64,000 bases of DNA, from positions 160,001-224,000 of the forward strand of contig CAVTET010000004.1 in assembly GCA_963733675.1 (NCBI GenBank). The letters are read 5' to 3'. The notes under the pieces were generated by a model, which was not told the origin of the DNA, searched no databases, and saw only the letters and a list, made by a program, of their open reading frames with translations. Position numbers and translations under genes: made by a program. This document shows positions 46,734 to 59,020 of this stretch, in pieces; within the stretch, counting starts at the first letter, position 1, and every line of letters starts with the position of its first letter. The DNA comes from an uncultured Methanosarcinaceae archaeon. Its GTDB lineage: Archaea; Halobacteriota; Methanosarcinia; Methanosarcinales; Methanosarcinaceae.

Positions 46734-46938
46734 GAAGAATATAGTACCTTTGAATGTTTGCAAGTGCTGAAAATGGGACAAATTTATAAATATTGTACCA
46801 GGCCCCAATTATGGGAAATCTTTCTTTTAGAACATTGTGTAGAATTCTTCCTGTAAATCTGTGTATCATAAGAAACTTTTAATATAAAAATTGTCTAAAT
46901 TTAATATTTTTTTAATTGAAAAAACACAAGGATCAATC

Positions 46939-47733
46939 ATGCAAAATATACTTGTAGTCCAATCCCTTACTAAAAAATTTGACGATTTCACCGCTGTAGA
47001 TGACATCAGCTTTAATGTTGAAAAAGGTTCGATATTCGCTTTTCTAGGTCCAAACGGCGCAGGCAAATCCACGACAATAAAAATGCTCACAACAGTCCTG
47101 AAACCCACATTCGGAGAAATAAGCATCAATGGTTTCGATGTGCTCAAAGAACAAAGTAAGGCTCGTGAATCTTTTGGGATCGTCTTCCAAGATAATAGTC
47201 TTGATGAAGATCTTACAGCCTACGAAAACATGGTCTACCATGCAGTTATCTACAAAGTACCTAAAAAAGAAAGAGCAGAAAGGATTCAGAAAGCTCTTGC
47301 TATTGTTGGACTCTGTGATAGATGGAGCGAATATGTCAAAAAGTATTCAGGGGGGATGAAGCGTAGGCTAGAGATTGCGCGGTCATTTGTCCATTACCCT
47401 AAAATTCTTTTCCTAGATGAGCCCACTGTGGGTCTTGACCCCCAGACTAGAAACGCTATATGGAGCCACATCAGAAAATTGAACGAAGAACAAAAAATAA
47501 CGGTTTTTCTAACAACGCATTACATGGAAGAAGCTGAAGCAATTGCAAACAATGTCGCAATCATTGATCACGGTAAAATTATAGAATCTGGCACAGTTGA
47601 GGAAATTAAAAAACGAACCAAAACCGAATTATTAGAGGAGGCATTCCTTAAGTTGACAGGTAGGGATATTCGCGATGATAATAATGGAGCAAATAAACAA
47701 AAAATGATGCGTGGCTTGGGGAGGATGAGATAA
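46939..47733 (+). CDS. ABC-2 exporter ATP-binding subunit (DrrA-like)
   Basis: GPNGAGKST, YSGGM, FLDEPT, H-loop. Confidence 0.92.
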   Translation: MQNILVVQSLTKKFDDFTAVDDISFNVEKGSIFAFLGPNGAGKSTTIKMLTTVLKPTFGEISINGFDVLKEQSKARESFGIVFQDNSLDEDLTAYENMVYHAVIYKVPKKERAERIQKALAIVGLCDRWSEYVKKYSGGMKRRLEIARSFVHYPKILFLDEPTVGLDPQTRNAIWSHIRKLNEEQKITVFLTTHYMEEAEAIANNVAIIDHGKIIESGTVEEIKKRTKTELLEEAFLKLTGRDIRDDNNGANKQKMMRGLGRMR

Positions 47734-48485
47734 TGATCGAAATTGTCTATATACTCTGCCTGAGGCAGTTCAAGCATTATTGGCGCTCCAAGGCTAGATT
47801 AATAGGTTCTCTTGGCCAGCCTCTACTTTTCATGGTAGCATTCGGATTCGGATTTGGTCCAATGTATACCAGAGCTAATGAAGGGGCAAACTACATTGAC
47901 TTTATAGCTCCGGGAATTATCACCATGGCAATTCTCTTTACAGCTGTTTTTTCGGGCCTTGAGATAATATGGGACAGAAAATTCGGTTTTCTTAAAGAGA
48001 CCCTGGTAGCTCCGATATCTAGGACAGAAATCATGATCGGTAAAACATTTGGAGGAGCAATCATATCAATGATTCAGGGCCTAATAATGCTAAGCATAAC
48101 CTATTTGTTTGGGTTCAGGATTCCCAATCTAGGTAGCCTTTGGATGGGGCTAATTTTCATGTTCCTGATAGCTATATTCTTTTCAGGCCTTGGTCTTACA
48201 ATAGCCTCCAAAATGGAAGATATGCAAGGCTTCCAAATGATATTGAACTTCGTGATTATGCCCATCTTTTTCCTATCAGGTGCTTTCTTTTCCCTCAAAG
48301 ATTTGCCGGATTCAATTTATTTAATAAGTAGACTCGATCCACTTACCTATGGCGTAGACGGCCTCAGAGGATCATTGGGCGGAGTAAGCACTTTTGGCAT
48401 CTACAACGATCTGTTAGCAATAGGTTCACTGTCAGTCCTTATATGTGCAATTGGAACAGTGTTTTTTTTGAAAATCGAGGCATAA
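47733..48485 (+). CDS. ABC-2 exporter permease
   Basis: DRKFGFLKETLVAP, FFLSGAFF, PLTYGVDGLR. Confidence 0.92.
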   Translation: MIEIVYILCLRQFKHYWRSKARLIGSLGQPLLFMVAFGFGFGPMYTRANEGANYIDFIAPGIITMAILFTAVFSGLEIIWDRKFGFLKETLVAPISRTEIMIGKTFGGAIISMIQGLIMLSITYLFGFRIPNLGSLWMGLIFMFLIAIFFSGLGLTIASKMEDMQGFQMILNFVIMPIFFLSGAFFSLKDLPDSIYLISRLDPLTYGVDGLRGSLGGVSTFGIYNDLLAIGSLSVLICAIGTVFFLKIEA

Positions 48486-48596
48486 GCATCCATAGTTACT
48501 CTCCAAAAAACTGGGTTTAAAGGTCCAAAGATTGAAAAACCAAAAAAGGATCAGGAGAGGCAGTAATTTCGATTTGATGTAGTTCCGAGTGACTAT

Positions 48597-48655
48597 TGAG
48601 GATTAAAATAAATCTCTGATTTTCACGAGTCATTTGAGAATTTCGATAAACTCTA
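48597..48655. mobile_element. MITE family 1, truncated copy J
   Basis: GAGGATTAAAATAAATCTCTGATTTTCACGAGTCAT followed by a second left-end GAGAATTTCGATAAAC. Confidence 0.5.
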
Positions 48656-49838
48656 TCCATTTGACATTGGAAAGCTTAAGTCTTTAACAATAATTTTTAC
48701 TCATGAAAAATTTTACTTATTTTGCTCTTAAAGAAGAATGTAAATATTTTCAGCCAGTTGGAACTAAATTTGCTGAAATCGATTCCTTAATTCCTTGAAA
48801 ATCTTTCAGTATCATTTTTGAGTTTTTTTGTCTATGTTTTCGATAACTTGATCATTGCATTTTATACAAAAATATATCGTATTTGACCAATTACATCCCA
48901 GTAAATGCAAAAAAGTATTCTGAAGTACAGAAATATATTAAGTATATTTTGATGCAGGTTAAGTATAAATTAATTAATTGTTATATGACGTCTGGTTGGT
49001 TTGTCAGAAATTGGATAACGGATTTGAAATAGTATAGTAAACTTTAAAAGTTGGCGCCAGAAATTTTATTACCACCTAACATAACACTTTACTGGCGCTA
49101 CTTTCACAATCACCATGGATGACACTTCAATAAAACTATAAATAAAAATACTAATAGAATAATCATTGTCTATTAAATTTAATTTATTTTTTGCATCATT
49201 AAATTATATAATAACTTTTTGGCTTTTTAACATAATAATGGCCTTGCTTGCGACTAACTATTTTCTGTTTATCAGTTAATGTGATACAGCTGATCTTATG
49301 TGTTAAAAAGTTGATTTTCTTGGCTGCAGTTGATCTGATACCTCAACCTGCCGGCAAGTCAACTGCAAGGTACGGGAATACCTATGAATTATAACTAGAT
49401 TTAAAGTATTCTATATCTTTTACATATTGTTGCATATATACTACTTAGTACTAACTTAAACTAATTTATGAAATTTCTGTGGTCTGATCTTTTATATTAG
49501 AAGTGGATCTGTCCTCCCTGCCCTTTTTGAAAAACCGGATTGAATTTTATTATAATCATATAAATATGAATAGATCAAATTCCCATAAATGCATAGTTTT
49601 TGTGTTAAAAGCTCTGAATTTTCGAAGTTACATCCAGAATAAAAAAACATTGAAGATCTGTTACTAATGGAGTTTATGGGACTCCTAAAACATATGGAGT
49701 TCATGGAACACTTGGAACTAATTAGCTTATACCACGATCATAAACAGAAAACAATGAAAAAATAGTTATATAATTTTAGCTATGTATTAAAAATTTTATG
49801 AAGTGCGGTTGATTCTATATCTTTTTCTTCCCGATGAA

Positions 49839-50358
49839 AAACAGGAATTGATCAGTCTGTTAGAAGATAGAGTTAAAGAGGAGGGGAAAATAAGCTTTAA
49901 AGTATTGGGTTGATTATCTTGCTAACTGTATACTCAATATTATATTGTTGTTAACTTCCTGTTAATAGATGGATTCTCTAGATGTAGTTTTAAAAAATTG
50001 GTCACCTAATTCCGAGGCCAATAATGACATTCTTTAAGGTCATCAATATGTCCCATTTCTTTTTTGAGTCTTCTGCATTACTTATCATTAATTATAATGA
50101 AGGACAAAATAATAAGTACCGCAGAAGACTCAAAAAAGAAATGGGACATATTGATGACCTTAAAGAATGTCATTATTGGCCTCGGAATTAGGTGACCAAT
50201 TTTTTAAAACTACATCTAGAGAATCCATCTATTAACAGGAAGTTAACAACAATATAATATTGAGTATACAGTTAGCAAGATAATCAACCCAATACTTTAA
50301 AGCTTATTTTCCCCTCCTCTTTAACTCTATCTTCTAACAGACTGATCAATTCCTGTTT
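49839..50358. repeat. Perfect 238-bp inverted repeat with a 44-bp spacer
   Basis: 49839-50076 is the reverse complement of 50121-50358, with no mismatch seen. Confidence 0.95.
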
Positions 50359-50950
50359 ACAGTATGATACTTAACTTTTGTCTAATTTTCACGATTATAA
50401 TGCCGAATGCCCACTGCTTCAGATGTGGGTGATCTACCTTATAATCATAGCAAAATAGATCGCAAGTGAATTTATTGATTTTACCTATGTGTTTTTAATA
50501 TTTTTTTTGCATTTATTGGAATTTCCTATAATATACGAAGTGATCAAGTTTACAGATACATAGACAATAATCTGGTTCTTCGCTATTTTGTGTGAATTAA
50601 AATTAATTATCCAGTAAAGAAGTTATGACACCAACGTGATTAATGCTCTAGGAAAAGATAATGTTAGATTCTGATGACTCCACAAATAGCAACAACAATT
50701 CTTAATATTTATTTGTTTTTTGATTGCAAAAAATTTTATGCGAAGTTATTTTTTGTTTAGAAACTATTTTTCTATGCAAGATTATGTTTTATTTAGAAAC
50801 TATTTTTCATATAATTAATTTAAAATAACTTCGAAGATAATTATGTATTGTATCGTATCGTATCACTGGTATCACAGAACGAACAGATCAATAAGAGTGA
50901 AAAGTCACAGCTACAGTAGGACTAAAAAGCAGAGTAGAATAGCTTGGAGG

Positions 50951-50992
50951 ACGTTGTCTTATTTCGAATTAACGTTGTCTTATTTCGAATTA
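50951..50992. repeat. Perfect 21-bp tandem duplication
   Basis: ACGTTGTCTTATTTCGAATTA x2. Confidence 0.9.
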
Positions 50993-51299
50993 AATTTATG
51001 ACTTGTGATATATATTCGAAGTAACTGGATCTGAAGAGACAGTACAGACAACTCTTCCAAGTTTCCATCCAATCTTTTTTAATGCGCTCTATTTGGTAAA
51101 ATGCATAATTTATGCCACAACAAATATGCATATTCTCAACGTCAATTTTCCATTATAATATTTTTCACTATTAAAACCTAACTCACAAGCTTAAAAGTAT
51201 AGAGAAACGCAGAGTCATTTGAATTTAAACAAATTATTTTTCCAGCTCAATTTGCTTTTCTGTTCACAAGTCTTAATACTAAATGTGATTTCATTTTCA

Positions 51300-51357
51300 C
51301 GATTATTAATATAGGATAACCACTGCGTTAGATGTGGTTATCCTATATTAATAATCG
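51300..51357. repeat. Perfect hairpin with 24-bp arms and a 10-nt loop
   Basis: CGATTATTAATATAGGATAACCAC-TGCGTTAGAT-GTGGTTATCCTATATTAATAATCG. Confidence 0.95.
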
Positions 51358-51954
51358 CGATACACAATATAGCCCACTTAGTCCATATCGATTTTATAAA
51401 ATTTTCATAACTTCAATACATTTGACTATATTCTTTTTTAAAATTTTCATATCATTAATTTGAGCTTTCCAACGATTGAACTGTATATTCCTTCCAAATA
51501 ATCTCTACTTATCGAACTTGATTGTTCAAAGCATTAATTCCGTCATTTGCTACAGTAATCAGTATCTTCCCGCCTGTTAACTAAACATTAAAAAATCTTT
51601 AACATGGGAATCATTAGGATTATCGGGCTTCATTACATTGATTGAAACAGTAAATTTCATAAATTAGGAAATTGGTAAATTCAGATTTGTTCCATGACCC
51701 AAGAACACGACCTGAATTTGATATGAAATAAACATATGTTGCTTCTTAGAAAGAACTCTATGCTAAATTTAGGAAATTATCTGGAAATAATAAAAACATC
51801 ATTAATATCAAATTGTTGTTCAAAATTAAAATATTTTGTTCAGTAGTAACTTTTATTCCAAACCTATTTTTACAAAATTGATTAAAAATAATTTAGGAAT
51901 TTGGTTACATTTCAACAAAAATTAAGAGTTCCAAAGCAGAAAAGGAGATCGAAT

Positions 51955-52383
51955 AAGGGCAACTTTAAAATTTCTGAAGTTTGACACCGATGATGGTGCA
52001 GAAAATAATTTGAATTGATCGCGGGTTTCAGAAAGGAGTAATTGATTAAATTGCACGATGCAGCAATAGCCACCTGGCCTATTGGGAAAAAACCAAAACC
52101 AAAGCATTTGCCTGATTTCCTTTATTCCTTTATTTGGCCTGGTCGCCGGGGCCACAATAGGTGCATTTGCCGGTTCCATGATCTACCTGGGTATTAATGA
52201 AGATTTCATAATATCGATCCGTAAAAAATGACTGAAGGAACTTCAACTCTTTTTCTGATGACTAGCGATGCCGTTGAGGATAGGATAGTAGAAGCTATGA
52301 AACAATCCAAGTTTGAAATTATTGCTATCAACCTAGCCAAGGAAGAAGAGGCCAAACTGCATGCAGTCTTTGCTGAAGAATAA
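51955..52383 (+). pseudogene. Degenerate DUF1269-like membrane protein gene
   Basis: Fragments LKFDTDDGAE, IKLHDAAIATWP, FIPLFGLVAGATIGAFAG, LGINEDFI, DAVEDRIVEAMKQ...AKLHAVFAEE*, with frameshifts. Confidence 0.6.
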
Positions 52384-52699
52384 AATTCGCCGAAAAAGAA
52401 ATCAGTTTCTACCAGAGAGTTAACTTTCTGAAATCCACTTTAGTTTTGTTTAGAAACTATATAATTATCTTTTTTCTAATTTTTCTATTTCTGATCGTGG
52501 CCTAAGATAATTAGTTCCAAGTTTTCTGCGAGTCCCATAAGTCCATGAGTAATAGATCAGAAATAGTTTCTTATTCTATATGGAACTTTGGAAATTCAGA
52601 GATTTTAGTCAAAAACTATGCATCAAAGATGTCATAAAAACACATGTTTTGTCAGCCTTACCAAGATTCTACATCCTACTATATTTTACAGAACTTTTG

Positions 52700-52850
52700 G
52701 TACACTTCCGATGTAATTAAAAAATATGTAGAAAATCATGATAACCAAGAAGAAAAAAAGCATATAAACAAATTAAAAAAAATCTTATTTTGAATAATTT
52801 TATTCATATCCCGAGCAATAGCATACACATTTACTTGCAGCGGGTGCCCC
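52700..52850 (+). pseudogene. 3' end fragment of the same IS200 element
   Basis: ACTTCCGATGTAATTAAAAAATATGTAGAAAATCA (TSDVIKKYVEN) and downstream sequence matching 19570-19720. Confidence 0.6.
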
Positions 52851-52927
52851 ACATAAATCTATATTAAATTGGAAGAAAAGATTTTAAAAGCTCCTGAAGA
52901 GAAAAAATATAATCAAGTCTAAATCCC

Positions 52928-53425
52928 CTAAAGTGGGCAACCAATCTCTTTTATTATTAGCTTTATAGCTTCATCGACACCTTTGATAACTTCAGGGCTT
53001 ATCTCTAACGTAGCTTCAGTTACCCTGGCTCCTATTTCGATCCCAATGACTATAATTTCTGGAAGAAGCTGGATCTCATTCCCAATACGTAATACATCTG
53101 TAATTGTAAGATCGTGAACTGAGACCAGGTTACAAGGCTCAGTGTCTTTTTTGATAAGGTCTTTACCCTCTATACGGTGTACAGAACCTACAGGACTGTC
53201 CGCAAGAATTGCATCCACTAAAATGATCTTTCGAGCTCCGTCAAAAATATTAAGAAGGTCGAGCCCACATACACCTGCATCTACGATATCAATGCCTTCG
53301 CTATTTTTAAGTTCCGTTTTTTGAAGAGTCTCAATGACCTTCAGACCAATACCATCATTTCCCATTAATAGGCTTCCGCACCCTAAGACACGGACCGGAG
53401 CATGTAATATAGACATATTCTTCAT
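52928..53425 (-). CDS. vhtD: Hydrogenase maturation protease
   Basis: VLGCGSLLMGNDGIG, DAG, ILVDAI, SVHD. Confidence 0.9.
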   Translation of the reverse strand: MKNMSILHAPVRVLGCGSLLMGNDGIGLKVIETLQKTELKNSEGIDIVDAGVCGLDLLNIFDGARKIILVDAILADSPVGSVHRIEGKDLIKKDTEPCNLVSVHDLTITDVLRIGNEIQLLPEIIVIGIEIGARVTEATLEISPEVIKGVDEAIKLIIKEIGCPL

Positions 53426-53494
53426 CTTACTAAGGCTTATACAGAGTGGACATGTCTATATTACCTTTCTACATTTTTTTAAATGACTTTCAAA

Positions 53495-54271
53495 TTAATG
53501 GTTTCGGCGTCCTTTATCAACAAGATTGTTGGGAGTTTTGACAACTTCTACGTAGTGAGTATCTTTAAGGTCTTCTTTTCCTGACCAGAAGATAGCTTTG
53601 TAGTACTTCCAAATATTTGGATCAAACTCCAGAATACCAACATGCACTACCAGTTCGAAGACAAACCAGTAAGTCATCAGCAGATGAAGAACCCTCAGAA
53701 ACTCAAGGGAACTCAATCCGAAAGAAGGTGCAATCAGGCCTCCTGCAGACAGGATCCAGGAAGCTATAGGGAAGCCAACTAGTGACCAGCTCTGACTGTA
53801 CAGAACGATACCTGAAACAGCAATTATGACTATGGCCACACCTTCCAGCACAATCAAGATTTTCATTAGTGGGTGGAGCTTAGTCTTATAGTGTCCCGAT
53901 GCTTCATCATATATGGTAAATGCTGGATATTTGCCCTTCCCAAAGAAATTACCAATTATTCCTGCCATGCGTGATGCATCTCTGGGACCGAAAACATAAT
54001 GGTCCAAAAAATGTGAAAATTTTTCCTTAATCCCGCCACCAGTTGCAAGAACAATGGAAACAGGAATAAGGAACCAATTCACCACGAGCAAGAAAGGAAC
54101 TGCGAACATATGGAGAGCGCGAGCTGTATGGAAACTCATAAAGCTCCAGCCAAAATAGATCTTTAACCCGGTGATAATGAGCGTCAGCATTGCAGCGGCA
54201 TGAACTATGTGTACCACTCTATCAAGGAGGCTATAGCGCTCAACAATTGTTGGGTTGCCATTAGCTTTCAT
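53495..54271 (-). CDS. vhtC: Methanophenazine-reducing hydrogenase cytochrome b subunit
   Basis: Hydrophobic, with His ligands ([20 protein letters not shown]). Confidence 0.88.
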   Translation of the reverse strand: MKANGNPTIVERYSLLDRVVHIVHAAAMLTLIITGLKIYFGWSFMSFHTARALHMFAVPFLLVVNWFLIPVSIVLATGGGIKEKFSHFLDHYVFGPRDASRMAGIIGNFFGKGKYPAFTIYDEASGHYKTKLHPLMKILIVLEGVAIVIIAVSGIVLYSQSWSLVGFPIASWILSAGGLIAPSFGLSSLEFLRVLHLLMTYWFVFELVVHVGILEFDPNIWKYYKAIFWSGKEDLKDTHYVEVVKTPNNLVDKGRRNH

Positions 54272-54308
54272 TAGGGATCATCTCCTTATTATAATATTCT
54301 TCATCTTC

Positions 54309-56096
54309 TTACAATATTCTCAAGGTCCTTGGAGCGTTTTTCCCTGTCAGGTCAATTGTATGAACTGCACATGAAATGCAAGGGTCATAGGATCTACCTA
54401 TATGGAAAATTCCAACAGGATTGGCATAATCGACACCAAGAATGTTTCCAACGGCATTGATTTTTGATCCGACGAGGGATTGTTCAAGAGGACCAGGGGT
54501 ACCTGTTGCATCTCTCGGGGACATATTCCAGGTACCTGGAACTACGCACTGATAGTTGACAACCTTTCCCTTGCTGTCAGTGGATACCCAGTGTCCAAGA
54601 GCTCCACGTGGAGCTTCCCACACGCCCATACCATGGGAATCGTTACCTTTAGAAAGGTCTAAAGGTACTGCGATCTTACCGTTCGGGTCAAAGTCAACTG
54701 TCACCCACTTTAGGAGCTCATTTGCGATAATAGCAGTTTCCTGCATACGAGCTAGCATTCTTGTATAGACATTTGCTGCAGAGTAACCTTTATCATGAAA
54801 AGCAAGGGCTAGTCCAGTTACCAATGGCTCTTTTATTGCAAGCATACGTGCAAGAGGACCGACTTCACAAGGAATTCCGTCATATCTTGGGGCTTTATCC
54901 CAGCTGTATCTGCTATTCGGACCCTGGTTATAGACTATTTTTCCCGGATCTGTAAATGGAACTGTTTCACCTTTTGAAGGAGGGAGGTTGTCGTTGTTTT
55001 CATAGAAAGAGTGAGCAATGCTTTCCGTAATCTTACTTGGATCAAAGTTTTTATGTTCGAGTTTTCCTGTTACGATACCTGAGGTCATGAATCTATTTCC
55101 TGCAGGGCTGTTCGGGTCGTATCCGTCTCCGTTTTCGGGCTTGTAGAATCCACCATATGAAAGGAAGTTGATCTTTGAGGGATCGCCGTACCCACCTATT
55201 CTGTCGTGTTTAAGGCTTGTAGGAAGGTGAAGGAGATTTTCTCCTACTAATTCAGAGCCGAAAGCTGCATAGAATTCAACATCTCCCCACCCTGCTGCTC
55301 TGGAAAAGTCATTTGTACTAAGTGATTTATTAATAAGGCCCTGGAGGTGCTCAACCACAAAGTTTACAGCTTTAGTAGGTGAGCTTGCCTTGTAGGTATT
55401 TTCAATCCAGGTGTCGAAGGGCACTTGGAGGGTGTACTTTGATACAAAGTCCATAACCTGCAGATAGTAAGAGGAAATCTTTACAACATCTGCAACTGTT
55501 GGCTTATAGAAATATCCTCCTGGGTATGGAGTGACAGGGCCTGGCATTCTGCCGCCTATGATTGCAATAGCTTCCTGTAAGCGTTTCTTTTCAGGTATTG
55601 CTGCCAGGTAAGAGGTTCCCGCAGGAATCGGTACGCCGTCTATTTTGTAGCTAATTGGAGCAAATCTTCCGACCATTTCTTTCCAGATCGCGTTTCCGGT
55701 ATCTTTGAGTGTTGCAAGGACATTTCTGTACGCAGGGTTCGCAAGGTCCGGACCCCAAAGCACATATATATGAGTCGCATGGCTTGCAATAGTGTTTAGA
55801 GCCTGAAAAATGTTCCTTGTGACAAGAGCATCTTTTGGAACATGTTCAGCCACACCATAAAGATTGTCAAGGGCATTTGTAGCTGTCAAGGAATGAGATA
55901 GAGGACAAACACCACATATTCTTTGGACGAGAATTGCTGCGTCCCTTGGATCCTGATTTTGTAGTATGCGTTCAAAACCTCTAAACATCAAACTGGAACT
56001 CTGAGCATCTGTAATAACACCATCAGCACCTACTTCAGTGGATATGCGTTGATGGCCTTCAATTCTTGTTAAGGGATCAATTGTAACATTTACCAT
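54309..56096 (-). CDS. vhtA: [NiFe] hydrogenase large subunit (group 1, Vht)
   Basis: [24 protein letters not shown] plus a cleavable C-terminal tail. Confidence 0.92.
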   Translation of the reverse strand: MVNVTIDPLTRIEGHQRISTEVGADGVITDAQSSSLMFRGFERILQNQDPRDAAILVQRICGVCPLSHSLTATNALDNLYGVAEHVPKDALVTRNIFQALNTIASHATHIYVLWGPDLANPAYRNVLATLKDTGNAIWKEMVGRFAPISYKIDGVPIPAGTSYLAAIPEKKRLQEAIAIIGGRMPGPVTPYPGGYFYKPTVADVVKISSYYLQVMDFVSKYTLQVPFDTWIENTYKASSPTKAVNFVVEHLQGLINKSLSTNDFSRAAGWGDVEFYAAFGSELVGENLLHLPTSLKHDRIGGYGDPSKINFLSYGGFYKPENGDGYDPNSPAGNRFMTSGIVTGKLEHKNFDPSKITESIAHSFYENNDNLPPSKGETVPFTDPGKIVYNQGPNSRYSWDKAPRYDGIPCEVGPLARMLAIKEPLVTGLALAFHDKGYSAANVYTRMLARMQETAIIANELLKWVTVDFDPNGKIAVPLDLSKGNDSHGMGVWEAPRGALGHWVSTDSKGKVVNYQCVVPGTWNMSPRDATGTPGPLEQSLVGSKINAVGNILGVDYANPVGIFHIGRSYDPCISCAVHTIDLTGKNAPRTLRIL

Positions 56097-56103
56097 TTTT
56101 TAC

Positions 56104-57261
56104 TCACTCTCCTTTCATTCTTCTTACAGCATGTACGCCTGCAGCAACTGCAGCGGCGCCAATCGCGACTTTGGCTATAGTACCGACATTCTCTCCTAGA
56201 AGCACTCCCTTGCCTTCAGATTCTACATACAGGGGTCTTGAAGAGTCCGGCCAGCCAGGTTCTACGCAAGCACTGCAGGGCCCTGCCTGGGTACACACGC
56301 TCAATGAATTGTTCCATTTGCGAATTGCACAGTCTCCATGAGCATATGGGGCTTTACATCCCAATTTCCACAGACAATATGGCCCACCTGCCTGATCTTC
56401 GAATAGTCCCTGGTCATAGTATCCACGACGAGGGCAGTTGTCATGGACAACATGGTCTGGAGGATAGAAGACCTTTGGCCTGTGGTACTGGTCCAGAATT
56501 ACCGGAAGATCATCAGGAACTCTGATCTTTCCAAGGATTACAGCGCCTAATGTAAGGAGGATCCAATCAGGGTGAGGAGGACAACCAGCAATATTGATTA
56601 CAGGTTTATCGATGTTAAGTTCACTAAGAATGCCTTTTGAAGCATCAGTCTTTAAGAAAGCTGTTCCTCTATAATCCGTCTCATGGACAATAGCACTGTT
56701 TGCAGAGGTAATTCCTCCCCAACATGCACAAGCTCCGACCGCAAGAATGGCGTTGGCATTCTTTGCAGCTTCTCCAACGATATCCTTGAAAGGCTTGTTC
56801 CCAAGAACAAGGTAGCGACCTGAACCATTAGGTCCCATTGGAATAGCGCCCTCAACAACTAAAATATAGTTTCCTTCTTTGATAAGATCGTCAAGGAGAA
56901 TCTCTGAGTTAAGTTCAGAAGTGTTTGCAAGCTTATTATCTACCCATATCCCCTGCTGGGCAAGAAGAGTTTCATGGTAAGCAAGATTGACATTGAGCTT
57001 AGTGAGTGCCTGTAAAATGTCAGGATTTGCTGCATTCAAGAGGGATTCTGAGCATCCAGTGCATTCGGCACCATGGAGCCAAACAATCTTTGTTTCTGCA
57101 AATTCAAGAGCGTTTACGATCTCAGTTTGGTAACTGCTGAGGAATGTACTTGCTCCGAGAAAGCCCACAGCTTTCATGAAAGTGCGTCGATCCATTTTTA
57201 AGAAGTCAACACTATCCAGTGTTTGAACAAGATTTTTTATTCCAGTACTCATCTCTACCAC
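56104..57261 (-). CDS. vhtG: [NiFe] hydrogenase small subunit with Tat signal
   Basis: DRRTFMK, ECTGCSES, GCPPHP, HDNCPRR and a C-terminal membrane anchor. Confidence 0.92.
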   Translation of the reverse strand: MVEMSTGIKNLVQTLDSVDFLKMDRRTFMKAVGFLGASTFLSSYQTEIVNALEFAETKIVWLHGAECTGCSESLLNAANPDILQALTKLNVNLAYHETLLAQQGIWVDNKLANTSELNSEILLDDLIKEGNYILVVEGAIPMGPNGSGRYLVLGNKPFKDIVGEAAKNANAILAVGACACWGGITSANSAIVHETDYRGTAFLKTDASKGILSELNIDKPVINIAGCPPHPDWILLTLGAVILGKIRVPDDLPVILDQYHRPKVFYPPDHVVHDNCPRRGYYDQGLFEDQAGGPYCLWKLGCKAPYAHGDCAIRKWNNSLSVCTQAGPCSACVEPGWPDSSRPLYVESEGKGVLLGENVGTIAKVAIGAAAVAAGVHAVRRMKGE

Positions 57262-57442
57262 ATCTTGGTTTTAACAAAATTCATACATTTAAAAGAAATA
57301 CAAATTAAATATTTACTATAATTATATAAATGCGAACATAAACCTATCGCTAATGTTTTCAATGAGGGAATAGTATATAAGTTTTTTTGATTTTAACAAT
57401 ATTTAATACATTAATAGGAAAAAGTAGATTCCGAATATATGT

Positions 57443-59020
57443 GAATTACCACTCATCTAAAAACTAGTGGCTTCTTGGCCCATTCCGTCCTCTTATGAGA
57501 ACAAGTTCCCAAGCACACCCACAGCATTAAAGAGTTTCAGATTCCAATTAGACTTAAATCAATGAGCGCGAATTTTTTGATATTAATTGCAGTATTAATG
57601 TCTCTTTATTGTTATTGTTTTGTAATCAGGACATTTCCATTCTATATCTCATTCTATATCTTTTAGTATCAGCTCAGAATTATGATATCCATAAAAATGA
57701 CAGATCTTAGGTATGGTTCAAATTTACCTATGCATAAGAACGATTTTTCATGAGCATTCTGATCTATATTCCAATTTTGTCGCAAATAATAATGCACGCC
57801 GAATCACATATAGCCTGTGCTAAATGATGATTTTTAATCATGCCTTTAACTCAGAGTTTCAACAGCTATTGCTTAGTTCTAGTTAACAAGTTTAAAAGAT
57901 AGTTTTTGTTGAAAATCATTTTTCCTATATGTTTTTCCTCGTGAAGTATAACAAGTTTTTGTTTTGCTTTTTATCTGTTTTTAGAACCGTTCTGTTTTCT
58001 GCTAACTCTTTTTTGGAGTACTTTGACTTTCTTCAAAGATTTTTTTCAAGTACTTAGGTTTACAACCTTTTTTACAGTTGATATCACAACGAAATCTTTT
58101 ATCCCAAGTCTACACCAATAGGCTTAGATTCAGAAAACACTTGTTTAACTGAAAGTTTTTCCCATCTTCCATTAAAACGCTGCTATCTTTCTTGTAAAAG
58201 ACTTCGAAATCGTAGCGATTTTTAATTCGCATTCAAATATTTTGTGAAGAACTGCTTCGATTTCTCCAATCTTAGGAAGCTTAAGAGTATTGTTTTCAAA
58301 ATCCACATTGTAGTGTCATGGTATCATGAATGATTAATTGATTCTTCTTTGATTTGAATTTAGGAAAATCATTTTTTTCTTTGAAAATCTAATGAATGCA
58401 GATTCTACCTGTTTAGTCATACTCTGAAATGAATGAGAATTGACTTCTCCTAAAAATGGATTGTGGAGTTTGTTGGATCGATCAATTGTTGGATAAAGCC
58501 AAACCTGAATGATTTCATCGTTAAATACTCCATACAATTTAACAGAATCCATGTATATAGGGATGTATATAATATTGTTAAAAAATGGATCTGAACATAA
58601 AATCATAGAGATTTTTGTTAATACATAACATTATCTTTGTGTGCAAGTATCGAAAAAAGATACTAGAATAGATTGGTGAAGAACTCAAACAGATAATTCA
58701 TGACATTGAAAAGGAAGACGATTTTGAAATTAATAGAAATGAAAACAACAAAGACATATCAATCTACTCATTAAGAACTAGCCAAAAGTCAGTATTCTTG
58801 CGATCATTCGAAAATTGAAGCAAGAGACAGCAATTAGGATATAGAAAACTCAAAAAGAGTATTTGAAAAAAATACTATTGGAAAAAAACATACACTATTG
58901 AGTGACGGATATCTCGCATTTTCTATCGGCAATATTAACAAAGCAGCAGCCAGAAATTATATACAGAACCAGTGTTGAAGTTGACACTGCATCCATTGGG
59001 CTGAAAACCCTTTAATTTTA
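57443..59020. mobile_element. Degenerate IS605-group element: tnpB remnant (-, ~57530-58500) and divergent tnpA remnant (+, ~58560-58976)
   Basis: TnpB fragments RDINTAINIKKFAL, GIKDFVVIS, KLPKIGEIEA. TnpA fragments CKYRKKILE, IIRKLKQET, SDGY..FSIGN...NYIQNQ. End hairpin CCACTCATCTAAAAACTAGTGG. Confidence 0.8.

Noticed and set aside
49325-49367. TGCAGTTGA...TCAACTGCA hairpin as an ncRNA
   Set aside because: Only a 9-bp stem, probably a MITE-end remnant, with no other support.
49839-50358. Hairpin telomere or protelomerase junction
   Set aside because: Has a 44-bp asymmetric spacer, unique sequence continues on both sides and no protelomerase gene is present.
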